Positions 35,301-49,179 of a stretch of DNA of 64,000 nt are shown here, piece after piece. The number at the start of each line of letters is the position of its first letter. Positions within the stretch are counted from its first letter, which is position 1. A program made the position numbers and the translations under genes. The stretch comes from Rhizaria sp. SCN 62-66. Its lineage: Eukaryota. Location: the NCBI GenBank assembly GCA_001724265.1, contig MEDY01000140.1:1-64000 (forward strand), read 5' to 3'. The notes beneath the pieces are model-generated. The model did no database searches. It saw only the letters and a program-made list of their open reading frames with translations, and was not told the origin of the DNA.

Positions 35301-38300
35301 GCGAGCCGACACCGTCGAGCAGCGAGAGCAGCGTGGCCACGATCGACGAGTGCACCTGGTCCTGGCGCGAGGACCGCACGGGCGCCAGCGCGTCGACTTC
35401 GTCCAGGAACACCACGGCGGGCGCCATTTGCGCCGCGAGCGCGAACAGATCGCGCAGCCGCCGCTCGGTCTCGCCGTAGAAGCGCGAGAGCACGTCAGAG
35501 CCCTTGCGCGCGAAGAAGCTCACGCGCGCACCGCGCAGCCAGCGCTGCGGCGTCGTCGCCCAGCGCAGGCGCGGCGGCTGCGGCGCGTCGGGTGGCTGCC
35601 CGTCCGCGGCGCCCGGGGCCGCCGGCTGGCCGCGCTTGCGGCGCGGGGTGACGCCCAGCAGCGAGAGCGTGCCAGCCCTGACCGCGGCCTTTTCTTCCTC
35701 GGTCAGACCTTCGAAGTCACTGTTCTCTTCGTCGTCATCGTCGTCCTCCTCATCGTCTTCCTCGTCGTCGTTATTCTTGTCCTCTTCGTCGTCGTCGCTG
35801 CCCTTCTTGCCTTTGCCCTTCGTACCCTTGGTGTCTTTGTCCTTGCCCTTGCCATGCTTAAGCTTCTTGCCGTTAAGGTCAAGCCCCAGTTTCTTCTGTG
35901 CATGCTTGAACGCGCGCAGCCAGCTGCCCACCTCAGCGCCAGCGTCTGTGGGCACTGTAGCGTACGCCTCCGCAGCAGTGATTGCCGCCGCCGCAGCGCT
36001 CTCGGCGACAGATGCAGCAGCCTTCGCCGCCGCTGTAGCAGCTTTGCGCGAGCCTGCGGTGGCGCCAGCCGCCAGTTCAGCCACTGCGGAGCCTGCCGTG
36101 GACCAGGAGGAGAGTGTGTTCGCAGGGGCACGAGTCTCACGGGCACTACGGCGTGAAGCGGCGGCACGAGCAGTGTTTCTATCTTCACGATCCTTTGCGT
36201 CTGCGTTCGTGGACACTGTTGCCACAGGGGCGCTACTGGCGACAATCGGCTTCTGAGCAGCAGACTTAGCGGCACGCTTGCGCTTGGCGACATGTCTAAC
36301 ACGGCGTTTCTTGCGGGCGCCGCCATCGTCGTCGTCATCATCGTCATCGACGTCGTTGTCGTCATCAACATACTCATCATCGTCGGCGTCCATATCGTTG
36401 CTATCATCGTCATCGTCGTCGCTCGCATTGTTGTACGCAGTGGCCTCAGCAGCGTCTTCATCGCCGTCACTGAGCGCGGCAGAGGCGCGCGGCACAGGCG
36501 CTCCACCCGCGGCCTCAACACCGGCCGCAGCCATCGCCTCCTCCATCGCCAGCTTGACTGCGCGCGCGACGCCCGGCGCCGCGGCGTCGCCGCCGTCGAA
36601 GCAGAGCGCGTCGCACGCCGCCGCGACGGTGCGCGCAAGCAGCGTCTTGCCTGTGCCGGGCGGGCCGTGCAGCAGCACGCCCGACGGCGGCTGTGCAGAG
36701 AAGCGCGCGTACAGCCCCGGGCACGCGAAGGGCAGCAGCAGGCCCTAGACGAGCGCGGTCACCGCGGTCGTGTTGCCGGCGACGGCGCGCCACGCCGGCG
36801 AGCACCGCAGTCGCGTGAACAACTCGACGGACCGCGCCGTGAACAGCGGACCGTGGTTCACTGTCGTTGCCGTCGCCGACGCAGAGGACGAGGCAGTTGA
36901 CTTGACAGGCGCTGCGACAGTCGACGCAGAGGCAGCAGCCGCAGCAGCGACTGAGGGTCGCCCTGCGAGAGCACGGATACTGTCCTCGTCACCCACCGCA
37001 GTGATGGCGGCGGCAGCGATGCCCACAGTCGTACCAACGGTAGTCGCACTGTCAGTCGCGTCGCCCATTGCGGAGGCCATCGGCGTCACGAAGTGCAGCG
37101 TGTCGAACACGGGGGCCGCGGAGGCGGCGTCCGCACGGCGTTGCTGCGGCGGCGCAGTGGCGATGGATACGAGCTCCTTGGCAGCAGCCGCGCACACCGT
37201 CGCCAGAGCGGCGCCGCCGGCCTCGTTGGCAGCGGCCGCGGCGGCCTCGAAGCGTTTCCACGCGACCGCGCCAGCGCGCGCCCTGTCAGCGGCCGTCACG
37301 GGCTCAGCCTCAGCGAAAACGTCACCAGCGGTGAGCGCCGTGGCCGGCGCGTCAACCGCGGCGGCCGCGGCGAGGTAAAGCTTGGTGGCGACGGCGTCGA
37401 GAGGTGAAAAGGTGTAGCTGGAGACCGACGCAGAGAGCGCGCGCACGCGGTCGCTGTCGCGCAGGCCCACAGTTGTCGTCGCCGCCACAGCCTCCGCGCC
37501 TGCCGGCGTCACCGTGACAGCCGTTGGGGCAGCCTCAGTGGCGACGGGTGCGTCCGCGCCTGTGGCAGCAGCAGCAGCAGCAGCGGCAGCAGCGGCAACG
37601 GCAGCGGCCGCGGCGGCCGACTCGGGATCCGCATTTTCGGCCGACTCAGCAGGCGCTGCAGACACCGCCGCGGGAGGCACGTATGAGTCAAAGAAGCGAG
37701 CCTGTTGCCGCTGCTTTGCGATGAAGCGGGCCAGCACGCGAGCGGCGCTGCGGGCGCGCGCGGCCACCGCGTTGACACGGGCCGCAGCAATCGAAGCAGC
37801 GTTCTTCTCACGAGCTGCGTTTGTCACTGCCTTTGCGCTCTCATCGGTGGCACCAGAGACAGTCGACTCTGCAGCGACAGCTGTCGTCGCGGCTGCGTTT
37901 GTGACAGGCTTCTCTTTAACACTAGTGACAAGCGCGTGCCAAGCAGCCTGCTCCGCAGTGCGCACGAACATAAGATAGCGCAGCGCGCGCGCGGCCTTGG
38001 CGCGCTCGAGGTTCCGCGCTGTCGCCATCGCCTCGGCCGCGCCGCCAGAGGAGCGCGCGGCCTCAAGTGCGGCAGTCGCAGCCTTGGCCGCGGCCTCGGC
38101 CTGCGCGAGCGCCTGCTGCGCCGCTGCGGCTGCGGCGGCTGCGGCCTGCTCGCGCGCCTTCTTGCTCATCTTGCGCATGCCCGCCGCGGTCGTCGTCGGC
38201 GCATTGGGGTCGTTCTGGGCCGACGAGGCGGCCGCGGCAACCGCGGCGGTGGCGGCGGTGGTCGCCGCTGTCACAGCAGCCGCCTGCGCGCGCGTCGCGG

Positions 38301-41300
38301 TCTCGGCGGCCGCGGCGGCCGTTGGCGGCACCCAGAGCACCTCCGCGCCCGCAGCAGCGCCCGCGGCCGCGGCGACAACAGCGGCCTCTTCGGCGCCCAG
38401 CGCAGCAGCCGCGGCCGTGGGGATCGTCGAGAGTGGGCGCCGGCGGTGGCGCGAGTTGACCAGCGCGACAAGGCGGCCCAACTTTCCTGGCAGTGGCAGC
38501 CGGGGAACAAGAGAGGTGTCGTGTGAGCTTGAAGCAGGAGCGGGCGACAGGAGCAAACCGACTGTTGGCGTGGGAAGAGCCACGGCAGCGCCAGCGTCGG
38601 TCACTGTCGCGGATGCTGTCGCAGCCTCGGGCTTACGCTTGTCGTCATAGTCTTCGTCGTCGCTGTCGCTGTCATTACCGAGTGCAGAGGCCAAGCGCGA
38701 ACGCTTGCTGGCCTTGGCTTGGCGCATCCGGCGACGAGTGCCAGCGCTCATATCTCCGTCCTCCTCCTCTTCCTCCTCCTTCTCATCATCACCGTCGTCA
38801 TCAGCCAGCAGACGCTTGCGTCCCTTGCTTTTCTTAGCAGCAACGGCGGCAAGCTCCTGCTCTTCCTGATCCACAATCGCACCAGTGGCAGTCCAGACAG
38901 CCGCCGTCGCCGTCTCCGCGGTCGCAGCATCCCCGCCTGCCGCGATGCGCGTCGCGCGCACACTCTCCTCGAGCACTTCGAGAGCGCCCTTGCCAGTGGC
39001 GGGTCGCGAGCTCATCGCAGTCCACCACGCAGACGCCGCGTTGGGATACAAACGCTGCGCCGCAAGCGCCGCGCGCAGTCGCCGCTCGCGCCGCTCGACG
39101 CGGCGCTGCGCGCGCCACTCCTCGAGGGTCAGCGGCACGCTGTGGTCGCGGCGCGTCAGTGGCAGAGCCGCGCGGCCACCGCGCTGCAGCGCTGCGGGCG
39201 CGAGGCGGGACGCGGCTTCAGAAAGCCACGCCGCGGCCGCGGCCGGGCGTGCTGCGGCCAGCGCGGCCGTGGCAGCCGCCGGCAGCGCGCTTGCGGCGCC
39301 CGTCAACGGCTCCGACGCGACTGTGTACGCGTTGCTAGGCAGTGCAGCACGCCCAGTCAGCGCGGACAGCGGAGGCAGCAGCGGCAGCGCAGCCACACCG
39401 CGCGCGCCGTCGTCGACAAAGCGATCCAGGTTGCGTAAAAAGCTGTTGCGTGCCACAACCCCGTCGCCGGCCGTCGGTGCTGTCGCGCCACGCGTGCTTG
39501 CGTGCGGCCTGCGCTGGCGCGCAGCGCGCAACTCCCCACGGGCAGTCCGGCGCTGCTCGCTTACGGCGCTGATGTCGATGGACGCGGCCACGACAGAAGC
39601 AGCATTGCCCTCAATGCTCCCGGACATCGAGCGCGAAGCAGGCTTGTTGTAGATGTCAACGGCGTACTCAGCGGCTTTCACTGCGCGCGCCTCAGAGCCT
39701 GACAGGGGGACCGCGCTCAGCGCCGCGATGATGGCGCTGACCGACTCAGCGACCGCAGTGTCTCCACGCTGGCGGCGCCGGGATAAGCGTGAAGCAGCTC
39801 GCGCGGCGCGGGCTTCAGCACGCGCCTTCGCGCGACTTGCTTTGGCGTCCGTCGCAGCTTCACTCGCTGTCTGAGCGTCGGCATCGCCCTTCTTGGCGGC
39901 TGAATCAGAGCCTGAATCTGAGCCTGCGTCCGACTCTGAGGAGCTCTGCGATGTAGGTGTAAACTCGCACTGCGCGAGCTCCAAAGCCTCGACCACAGCG
40001 GAGTTCACGACTGCGCCCACGGCTCCCGCTTCAACACGCTCTTCATCTGTGCTATCGCTTTCGTCGCTGCTCGCGCCGCCCAGCAACGCCTCAGGCAGCG
40101 CCATCGCGAAGGGCCCGCCAGTCCACACTGCGCGGTTCGCGATCTCACGCGCGCCCGCCAGCGTCTGCAGCGCCACCGCGCGCGCCTCGATCAGCGCCGT
40201 CGCCTCGGCCACGCCCGCGTCCGCGCAGCCGAGGTGCGCGTCCCACGCCTTGGCTCCCGTGGCAGCGCCGGCGACCGCGCCCGCAGCGGTCACTGCGGCA
40301 GTAGGAGGGCCCTTGAGGCGCTCTCCGTCGTGCGCTGCAACGTCGGCAGCGTCGGCAGCGATGCTCGCAACGGCGGCGAGCGCGGCGGCGCGGCGGCCCG
40401 CGCGGACGCCAGTAGGCCTGAGCGGGAGCGCGGGCAGCGGTGCGTGCGGGACGCGTGACTGCATCATCGACGCGCGGTGATGATCCGGACACAGAACGGA
40501 GTATGACTGGTACTGCATGCCGCAGCCCGAGGCCGGATCGGCAGCGCAGGGCAGGTGGTACGTCTTGCTGCACGAGGGGACATTGCACCCGATGTTCGCG
40601 CCGACGCACTGGCACTCTGCGCACACACTGCCCGCGGCGCGCTCGATCTCGGCGGCGACGTTCCTGAGCACGCCGCCCTGCTGATACACCTGCGGCGACC
40701 ACAACGCGCACTCGTAGTGCACGGCGACGGCCTCCAGTCCCAGTGAAGCGAGGAAGCGCCGCGTCGCCATCGTCGCGGGTGCGCGCGCGTTGGGCTGGCC
40801 GCGTGCATAGAGCGCGCCCTCGAGCTCGGTGCTCATGAGCTCGCGCCTGCGCCGGTCTGTGCGCGACAGCGCCGAGGCCAGCGCAGAGCCGGGGCGCGCG
40901 TGCGTCGGCGTGCGGGCGGTCGACACCAGCAGCGGGCCCAGCAGCGCCTTGTTCTGCCGCCGTGACGTGGGCAGCATCGGCATCGCGTCCGCGGCCGCGC
41001 GCGCAGCCGCCACGGACGCCGCGCGCGAAGGGACGCCGAGGTTCGGCGGCTCGTATCCGCCCGCGGCGCCGCGGAAGACCTCGTTGCTGTTGCTTTCGCG
41101 GCCGAGCCCCATGTTGGCCTCGACCTCGGCCTGCGCGGTCGCGGTCGAGACGAGCGTGACATGAGCGACGCCGCGCGGGTGCAGCAGCGTCGTGCGCACT
41201 GCGGCCGAGGGCTCCAGTCGCGGCTCTGCGGCCACCGCCAGGTCCGCGAGCGACGGCGGCCGGATCGGCACCGGCGCGGTCAGGGCGGACGAGGTCGCCA

Positions 41301-44300
41301 ATGCGGCCGTGTCGCGCACGTGCATCGCATTGGAGCCTGTGCCGACGGACGTTATGCCGGCCGTGGCCGCCGCGGCCGTGGTGGACGAGGTCAGAGCGGG
41401 CGCCGACGCGCACATTGAGAGATTGTGGTTGGCGTAGAAGGCTGCGAGACGCGGTGTCCACCCTGTGAAAGTCGTCAGTGACCGCATGAAGGCCTCCTCT
41501 TGCTTCGTCAGCGCGGGCGCGTACGCCTCCTTGAGCGCGTTCTTGCCGCTGCCGTCGGTGTCCAGGTCATCGCTGAGATCTGAGTCGTCGTCGGCGTGAT
41601 TATCCACCTCGCCAGCCGCGCGCTTTGCCTTGGCGGCGGCCTTTGCAGCAGCCTTGGCAGCCGCTTTGGCGCCCGCAGCGGCCGCCTCAGTCTCGCTTGG
41701 CGGCTTCGCGTGCGCCGCGTCGATCGGCGCGGCGATGCTGGGCGGCACAGTGGCCCATGCAGCCACGGCAGCAGCCTCGGCGACGGCGTCCTGCATGCTT
41801 GCGCGGCCCAGACCCACGACGGCGGAGCCCGCGGGCGCGGTGCCCACCCCGTTGCCGCTAGTCGCAGCTTCTGCCGCAATGGCCTCGGCCGCAGCGGCAG
41901 TGCCAGGAGCCGGGAAGTACATCGCGGAGCCAGACGCGGCGTTGGGCAGCGCAGCGGCGTAGCCGGTGGTCGGTGGCAGCAGTAGTCCCGGTTCAGAGGC
42001 AGGCGCTGCCATGAGAGACGGGTCAGTCAACGGCCGCGGCGGGCGCGCGCGTGGTGCGGCGGGGAAGGCAGTGGCTGCCAGCAAGTGGAGTGCACCCGCG
42101 GGCGGCGTGAACGGCATCGACAGCACGAAACGCGCCTCCGCAAGCGCGGCTGACAGCTCCACAGCACTCATCTTGGCCGCGGCAGCGGGCGTGATAGGCA
42201 TAGGACCGTCAGCGCCGGCAGCGGCTTGGTCGTCATCATCGCCATCGTCGTCAGCCATGCGACTCGCTGCGCTACGAGGTGCCACTGGTGCGGGAGCAGT
42301 CGCCTCGCCGTCGCCGCTCTGTGTTTGTGTCACCGGCGCGTTCAGCGCCGCCATCGCGGCCGTGAGCGTCGCTTCGTCCGCCGCGGCGCGAGCCCGGTTG
42401 GCGTGGTGCCTGGTCAGGGCCGCGATGACTTCATCGCGCACGCGCCGCTTGAAATCGAGCAGCGCGTCGCGGTAACCGACGACGGCGTCGGCGTGCGCGC
42501 GCCGCGCCTCGGCCTCGCGCATCGTCTCCTTCATCAGCGCGTACGTGTCGAGCGCGGCCTGCGCGTGTGCAGGCGCCGGCAGCCCGGGCCGCAGACACAG
42601 CGCGCAGCACGGCGCCGCGACGGCGTCGATGGCGGCCCACGACGCCACGGCTTCGATGTCGTCGTCATCGTGCTCCTCGCCACCGACGAGCCCGTGGTCG
42701 TCGTCGGCGCACGAGTCGTTGCCGCTGTCGCTGCCGTGGCGGGGCTCAGCGAACGCGTCGACGGCGGCGGCACGCAGCGCGGGGAGCCCACCACCGCCGT
42801 GGTAGCGGAGAGGCCGCACGCCGCGCGCGGCCGCCGCGGAGTCGCGGTACGCCGGAATCGTGTCGACCAGCAGGCGCGGCAGCATGCGGGGCTGCGGGGG
42901 CGCCGCGGGCAGCTTGGTCCTCGCGGGCGGGGCGGAGAGCCAGCGAGACGCTGCGATCGAAGTGTCGTCAAGCGAAGGTACGTGATTTATGGCGCACCGT
43001 GACTCCTTTTCAGACTCGCTGGTGATGTTGTTGTCACCATCATCGTGCGTCTGTGCCGGCGGGAGCAGTGTGAGCGAATTGACGATGTTTTCCGCTTCCG
43101 ACTCAGAGTCGCTCGAGATTGACAGCGCTTCAGAATTGGGGGTCTCGTCAGACGACTCTGAGTAGTCAAGCATCGCGCGTCTCCTGCTCTTGGCGTCGCT
43201 CACCTCTCCAGCTGCAGATGCAGCGGCGGCGGGCTCTGTATCTGTCGTTGTCGCTGTTGCTGCCACTGCAGTGGCCTCTGCGTCGGCCTGAGACTTGACC
43301 GCCTTCGCAGCCGCAGCCTCGGCAGTCGCGGCCTCGGTGGCAGCAGCAGCCTCAGCAGCAGCAACCTTCGCAGCCTCCGCAGCTGCTGCCTCCTCGGCGT
43401 CCTCGCGCTCGAACTGCGCGCGCATCGCGGCCATTTCCTCCTGCGCAGTGCGCGGGCGCGGCACGGCGCGGCGGTGCTGTCCCGTCCCGTCGCCGTGGTC
43501 ATCGTCCTCGTCGGCGTAGCTCACCGCGGTCACCGCCGCCAGCGACGTCAGCGCAGAGAGGATCGCGCGCGACCCGCCCGCGCCGGTGCTCGCGCCGCTG
43601 CGGATCGACGCCGCGCGGGAAAGACCCCCGGCCACGAATGATCCGACGGCGGAGACGGGGACAGCGACGGGGCGCGACGGCGAGTACGGCATCGAAGCCG
43701 AAGACGGCAGCGCAGCGCCGGCGCGCAAGGCGGTGGGCAAGCGCGCGGGCACGGAGAACGAGACCGACGATGCCTTGTTTGACGGAGACGTCGGGACTGC
43801 AGACGCTGCAGCAGTGGCAGGGCTTTGCAGCGACGCGGGCGTCGTGCGCGAAAGGGGTAAATCCCCAGCCGCGCCTGTAGGCGCTCCATCATCATCAGCA
43901 GCAGCAGCAGCCTCAGCAGCAGCGGAGGCGGCCACAGCGGCCGCAGTGGCGGTGATCGAGGCGGGCAGCGGCGTGAGGAAGAAGGGCGACGACACAAAGC
44001 CCGCGGGAATGTCGTTGACTGCAGTCGCCGCTGACGAGGCCGCGGGCGACATCGGCGGCTGGTTGGACCGGGGACGGCCGCGCGTGGGCGCGGGCGTCGC
44101 TGCAGCGGCGGCCAGCAATGTCCTCGCCCTTGTCCTGATCTGGCCGGTCGGCAGGGTCACGTCGAGCGCGGCCACGCTGTCGCTGCTTTCAAGACTCGCG
44201 GTGGCCGCCGCAGTGGCTGCAGCTGCGGCGGCGACGGCACTCGCTGGCACGCCCCTGTGCAATGCAACGGACGCGCGCCAGCCGTGCTCCGCGACGAGCG

Positions 44301-47226
44301 CTGCGTCCTCCTTCGCGTTCTCAGTGCGCTTCGCTTTGCCCTTGAGCTTGCTCTTGCTCTTGCTCTTGCCCGGATGAAGGGCCTCCTCGTCGTCCGCGGC
44401 AGCGTCGTCGCCGTCGCCCGTCTCGGCGGCATAGCGCGGCGGGGCGACCTTAAGCGCTCCGGCGCCGCCCCTGCGCTGCAGCTCGGCGATGCCCGACCGC
44501 GTGAGCCCGCCGGTGCAGAGCGGGCACCGCCACACGCCCTCTGGCGGGTCGCGCGCGAAGCCGATGCAGCGCAGATGGTACGAGCCGGGGCACAGCGGCA
44601 TGTCGCAACACAGCAGCTCGCCGCCGTCAGCGCACACGAGGCACAGCGGCGACGACGCCAGCGCCTGTGCGCGCAGAGAAAGAAGCGACTGCGTGCCCGC
44701 GCACGGCGGGCAGTCCCAGCGGCCCGGCGGCGGCGCTTCGAGCCGCACGCACGTCGGGTGGAAGCTGTCGGGGCAGTTGTCGCAGCAGAGCAGCTCGCCC
44801 GCGCCCATGCACACGCGGCAGTAGTCGGCGCTGCTCTTGACCACGCCCGCAGTGTCGCCTGCCTCGCACTGGCCCACGCACCGCGGGCAGCTGAACATCA
44901 AGCCGCCGGGGGTCGAGCACGCGTCGCGCGGCATCAGCACGTCGTGGCGGTCGTCGCCACTGCTGGCAGCGCTGCCTTCCGCAACTTTGTCGTCGACGAT
45001 GAACAGAGGCAGCGGGATCCCGCGCGATGACGCCGCCGTGGCCGCCGTAGCGACCGACGCGGCCAAGCACTTGGCGTGGATGCGAGTGGGGCAGCCGCCG
45101 CGACAGGCGACGAGGACCAGCTCGGCGCGCTTTGACTTGGACTTCGCCGCTTCCGAGTCAGCGCCGCTGCTCTTCTGATCGTCGCTGTGACGCTGACTGG
45201 GGATACGGTCATCGTCGTCCTTGCCACAATAGCAGCACAGGTCGCGCTTGGGCATCGCGCGCAGCAGCGAGCGCAGCGGGGTTGAGAACACGCTCGCCGC
45301 CGCAGCCGTATTTTGCATCGCGCCAGAGCCGCTGCCGCTGCCGCCGCTGGTGGCGCCACGGCGGGATATGTGGCCCCCGCGCGCCGCGACAGCCGCGGCC
45401 GCGGCGGCGCTTTGTCCGGCGTACAGCAGCGCTGCGGTCGCAAGCGGCGGCAGCGCGCCAGGCTCGTCCTCGTCGACCGCACTAGCGCCGGCGCCGGCCT
45501 GCGGCAAAGTGGCCTGCGCCAGCGCTGCCTGCACCGCGGCAGCCGCGGTCATCGGCGGCGCGGCGGGCTGCGGACGCGAGCGGCTCCCGCTGCTGCTCGG
45601 CTGCGCGCGCTGCTGCTGCAGCTGCTGCGCGAAGAGCTTTTGCGCGACGAGCGCCGTGTTGACCGCGGAGGCAGCGACTTCGCGGTGTGCGACGGCCGCG
45701 TAGCCCGTGCCGTAGGGCTCCAGAGCGACGGCAACGGGCTGCGGCAGCGGGGCTGCCATCGCGCTGCTGCCGGGCTTGCCGCCCAGCAAGAGCGTGACCC
45801 TGGCGGCGGCGGGCAGGCGCGCGGCCGCGACGCCGGCGAGCACCTCGGCGGGCAAAACGCGGCCCACGCAGCACGGACACACGAACGCGTCCGGGTCCCC
45901 GCCCGCGCGCGCGAGCAGCTCGCTCATGGCGGCTTGGCTTTCGAACAGCGCGGCGGCTTCGTCCAGAGTGCGCACACCGTACTCGGCCCCCACGTCGACG
46001 TTGCCAGCGGCCGAGGCCCGCGCCTTTGCGTCATCCGCGTCGGTATCAGCGCCAGCGCCAGCGCCAGCGGAAATGTCGGGCGGAGGCAGTTCCGCGGTGT
46101 AGCGGCGCACTGCGTCGCGCGTGACGAGGCCGGCGCGCGCGCACACAGCCAGCGCGCGGAGGTAGAAGCGGCGGCGGTGCGCGGCGGCGCGGCGCGCGGT
46201 GGCCACGCCGGCGCGCGCGAGACAGCGCGGGTGGTACTCGTGGCGGCACACTACGCACCACCACGCCCGCGACGACGACACGGACGGCGACGCGGCTGCG
46301 GTTGATGTGGACGCTGCGCCCGCGTTAGCTGGCGCCAGAGCAGGGCCAGCAGCAGTAGCAGCAGCAACAGCCCCGTCCGTCATATCAGTTGCCGAGACTG
46401 TGTCCGTGTTGGTACTCGCACGAGGCGCGACTATAGCGCACTCGCCGCCGCCGTTATCGCCGTCGCAGTCGTCGTCGTCGCTGATGCTGTCTGCGTCTGT
46501 GGCGACGCCGCAGAGCGCGCAGGCGGCCTCGTCGTGCGGACACCGCGCGGCGGCAGCCGCAGCGGCCACAGCCTCTGGCGCCAGCGCAGTCAGAGTTACG
46601 GTCGGCGCAGCGACGCGGAGGCTGTGTGCGGTCCCGCCGTGTGCAACGGAGGTGCGGCTGTGTGTATGGCTGTGCGCAGCGTTGGCTTGGTGACTGGGCG
46701 CAGCATGTGCGTGGTGACTGTGTGCTGCGGGGGTCGAGTTTGCGAGCTGGAGCCGCAGCGGGACAGCGGATGCGCTAGCCGAGGCGGCAGACGCTGCCGT
46801 GGCAGTCGCAGCCAAGGGAAATACTTGTGCTGGCGCCGATGGCGCCACCGTTGCTGCCGGCGCATGTGCTTGTGCCAGTGCAGGAGCTGAAGTTTGAGCT
46901 TGATCTTGTGTCGATGCGGGTGCAGTCGCAGCTTTGTCGGCAGTCTTGGTCCGGTTGCTGGTGCGACTGGGCCTGTCGTCGAGGCGGCTGGAAACAACTA
47001 CGACGTCGCTGCCATCGCTCTCGCTCTCGCCGCTGCTGCTGCTGCTCAGACTGCTGCTGCTACTGACCTCGCCGCCGCTACTGCTGCTGTCAAGCGTTCT
47101 GCGCTTGGCCGGAGTCGCGGCCGCGGCTGGCTTCGTTGGGGCCGTCTTAGAGCTGTTTGACTTGGTCGCAGCGGCCTTGCTGATTACGGCTGTCCTACCG
47201 CCATCATCACCATCGTTGTCGTCGCC

Positions 47227-47263
<37 letters not shown>

Positions 47264-47334
47264 GACTCGAGCTTGCGGAGCACCTTCTGCGCAGGGGCAG
47301 ACGCAACAGCAGCGCCTGTAGACGAGGATGATGA

Positions 47335-47374
<40 letters not shown>

Positions 47375-48201
47375 TAGGACGACGATGACGCAGTCAGCTG
47401 CAGCCGCAGCCCGGCGCCGGCTCCGGTGCCGCTGCCCAAAGGCGCGGGAGCGGGCCCAACCGAGCCGCGGGGCAGCGCCAGCGATACCACTCCAGACTTT
47501 GAGCTCGAGACGGAGCTCGCACTTGTTTTTGCAGTGCTGCCTCCAGTGGTCGAAGACGCAGCCACATTAAGCCGCAGATTCGCGCCCCCACTGTTGCTGT
47601 TGCTGCTCTTTACGCTGCTGCGCTGCGAGTTGCTGTTGCTATTGCCACCACGTCCGCGGCTGTCGTTGTGGTAGATGTACCCCGTCTCCGAGTCCGAGCT
47701 CGAGCTCTCAGCGGCCGCCGCGGACGAACGCAACGGGATCGGGATCGAAACAACGCCGCTGCTGCCGCGCGCGCCACTGCCACCGTGGCGCTGCTGCGAG
47801 TGCTGCGCGGGGGCGGCGCCCTTGTCGTGGCTGGTGCCACTGCTGCGGTTGCCACTGTGACGGTCACTGTGACTGTTCCTGTGGGCACTATGACTGTGAC
47901 TATGCCCGTGACCGTGACTATGACTGTGGCCGCCGTGGAGGCGCGATGCCCCCGCTGGGCCCGACACGGCCGCGGTAACCTGCGCAAGGCGGCTGGCAGC
48001 AGCGTCGCGCTGGTGGTAGCTGGCCGAGGCGTGGCGGCCGTCCGCCAGCGGGCGCGACACTGCCGCGGCGGCCGAGAGCAGCTGGCGAGTCGCGCGCACC
48101 CCCGGCGGCAGCAGCGCGGCCGCCGCGGCCTCAGACTCGGCCGCGGACGCCGTGGGCGCGGACGGGGTGCTGCCGCGCGTAGGGCGGTGGTGACCTGACA
48201 T
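32392..48201 (-). CDS. Giant (~5,269 aa) chromatin protein: several PHD fingers, AT-hook-like RGRP, extended PHD (HC5HC2H) and ATAD2/Yta7-type AAA+ ATPase; two in-frame TAG (47374, 36745)
   Basis: ORFs 47374..48201, 36745..47283 and 32392..36678 share one frame broken only by TAG; canonical PHDs at ~44510-44825; [10 protein letters not shown]...HLPCA...CPDH at ~40480-40725; [57 protein letters not shown]; ends TAA. Confidence 0.8.
47336..47373 (-). repeat. (TCG)n poly-Ser microsatellite immediately following the in-frame TAG
   Basis: (GAC)n on + strand. Confidence 0.9.
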
Positions 48202-48580
48202 CGGTCGGGCGAACGCGGAACGACGGAAGCCAAGGGACTGCGGACTGTCGAGGGTGAGATCGGCTTCTTTGTGCGGTCAAGAGCGGACTTCTTCTACAGC
48301 AAAAATCGAAGGCAAGAACGAGTTTTTAGTGAGTATAATAAGAGCGCCCGGCAGAAATTTATCAATCAATTTAGTACAGCAGGTCACTGTGCAATTAACG
48401 ATCAATACATGTACATAGCTCAGCCGCAAGATCCCGTGCCTGAGGGCGCGGACTGACCGACCGACCAGCCGATGTACTGCAGACCAGCCGCGGCGGCCGT
48501 GCCAAGCAAGCGAAGGTTCATGAAGCCACAGGTTTGTTGAGTTGACCTGTTTTTTTTTGCCGTCGTGCAAAGGAAAACGG

Positions 48581-49179
48581 ATGACCCGTGGTAACCAAGT
48601 ACGTTTATCTTCATTCTTGCAAATTGATAGGCTCGCAACTGTCTGTTATTGCTGCTAATTTTGTGTCGAAAAACTTGCCATGATGACCAATGACGCCAGC
48701 AGCGTTGCTCACCCCCGTCTACCACGATTTCTCCCCACTTTCTTTCATCTCTCTAGCGTGATATTGACCGCAAGCGCGCCGAGGCTCGTGCCAAGGCCAC
48801 TGCTGGTTCTACCAAGAAGACTTCGAAGGAGGAGTACGTCGTATCAGCATCAGCCACTTCTAGCCACCACCTGCTATTCAAGAACAAACCTATGCGTTGC
48901 CCCACCTAGATGTCTTTTCGTCATAAGATCAACAATGATTTGATATGGATGGCTATGTATTCTACGCGGATCGTGCGTTTTATCTGCGACGCGGTTGGTT
49001 ATGCCGCTCTGTTTCCCACAACCCTCTAACCATGCCTCGTCAGCGCTCACCCAGCTCCCTTCGCTTTTCTCTTGACTCGCCTTGTTGCCCACCATTGTAG
49101 CGATGCTGACCGTCTCCGCGCGAAGCAGGCCGCTGCCAACGCCCGCAAGGAGGCCGAGGCTGCCGCTGGCAAGAAGTAA
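48581..49179 (+). CDS. SERF: Small EDRK-rich factor (4F5/SERF family); exons 48581-48598, 48757-48833, 49101-49179
   Basis: Spliced product MTRGNQRDIDRKRAEARAK...KEDDADRLRAKQAAANARKEAEAAAGKK; diagnostic MTRGNQR start; ends TAA; missed by the ORF track. Confidence 0.9.

Noticed and set aside
36745-36747. A-to-I editing (UAG to Trp) or pyrrolysine as the explanation for in-frame TAG
   Set aside because: Aligned positions are Gln/Glu-like or low-complexity rather than Trp, and no Pyl machinery or catalytic context is seen
48599-49100. Intronic snoRNA in SERF introns (ATGATGA at 48680; small hairpin near 48965-48998)
   Set aside because: No matching CTGA D box within intron 1 and no convincing H/ACA structure by eye; needs an Infernal/snoscan search
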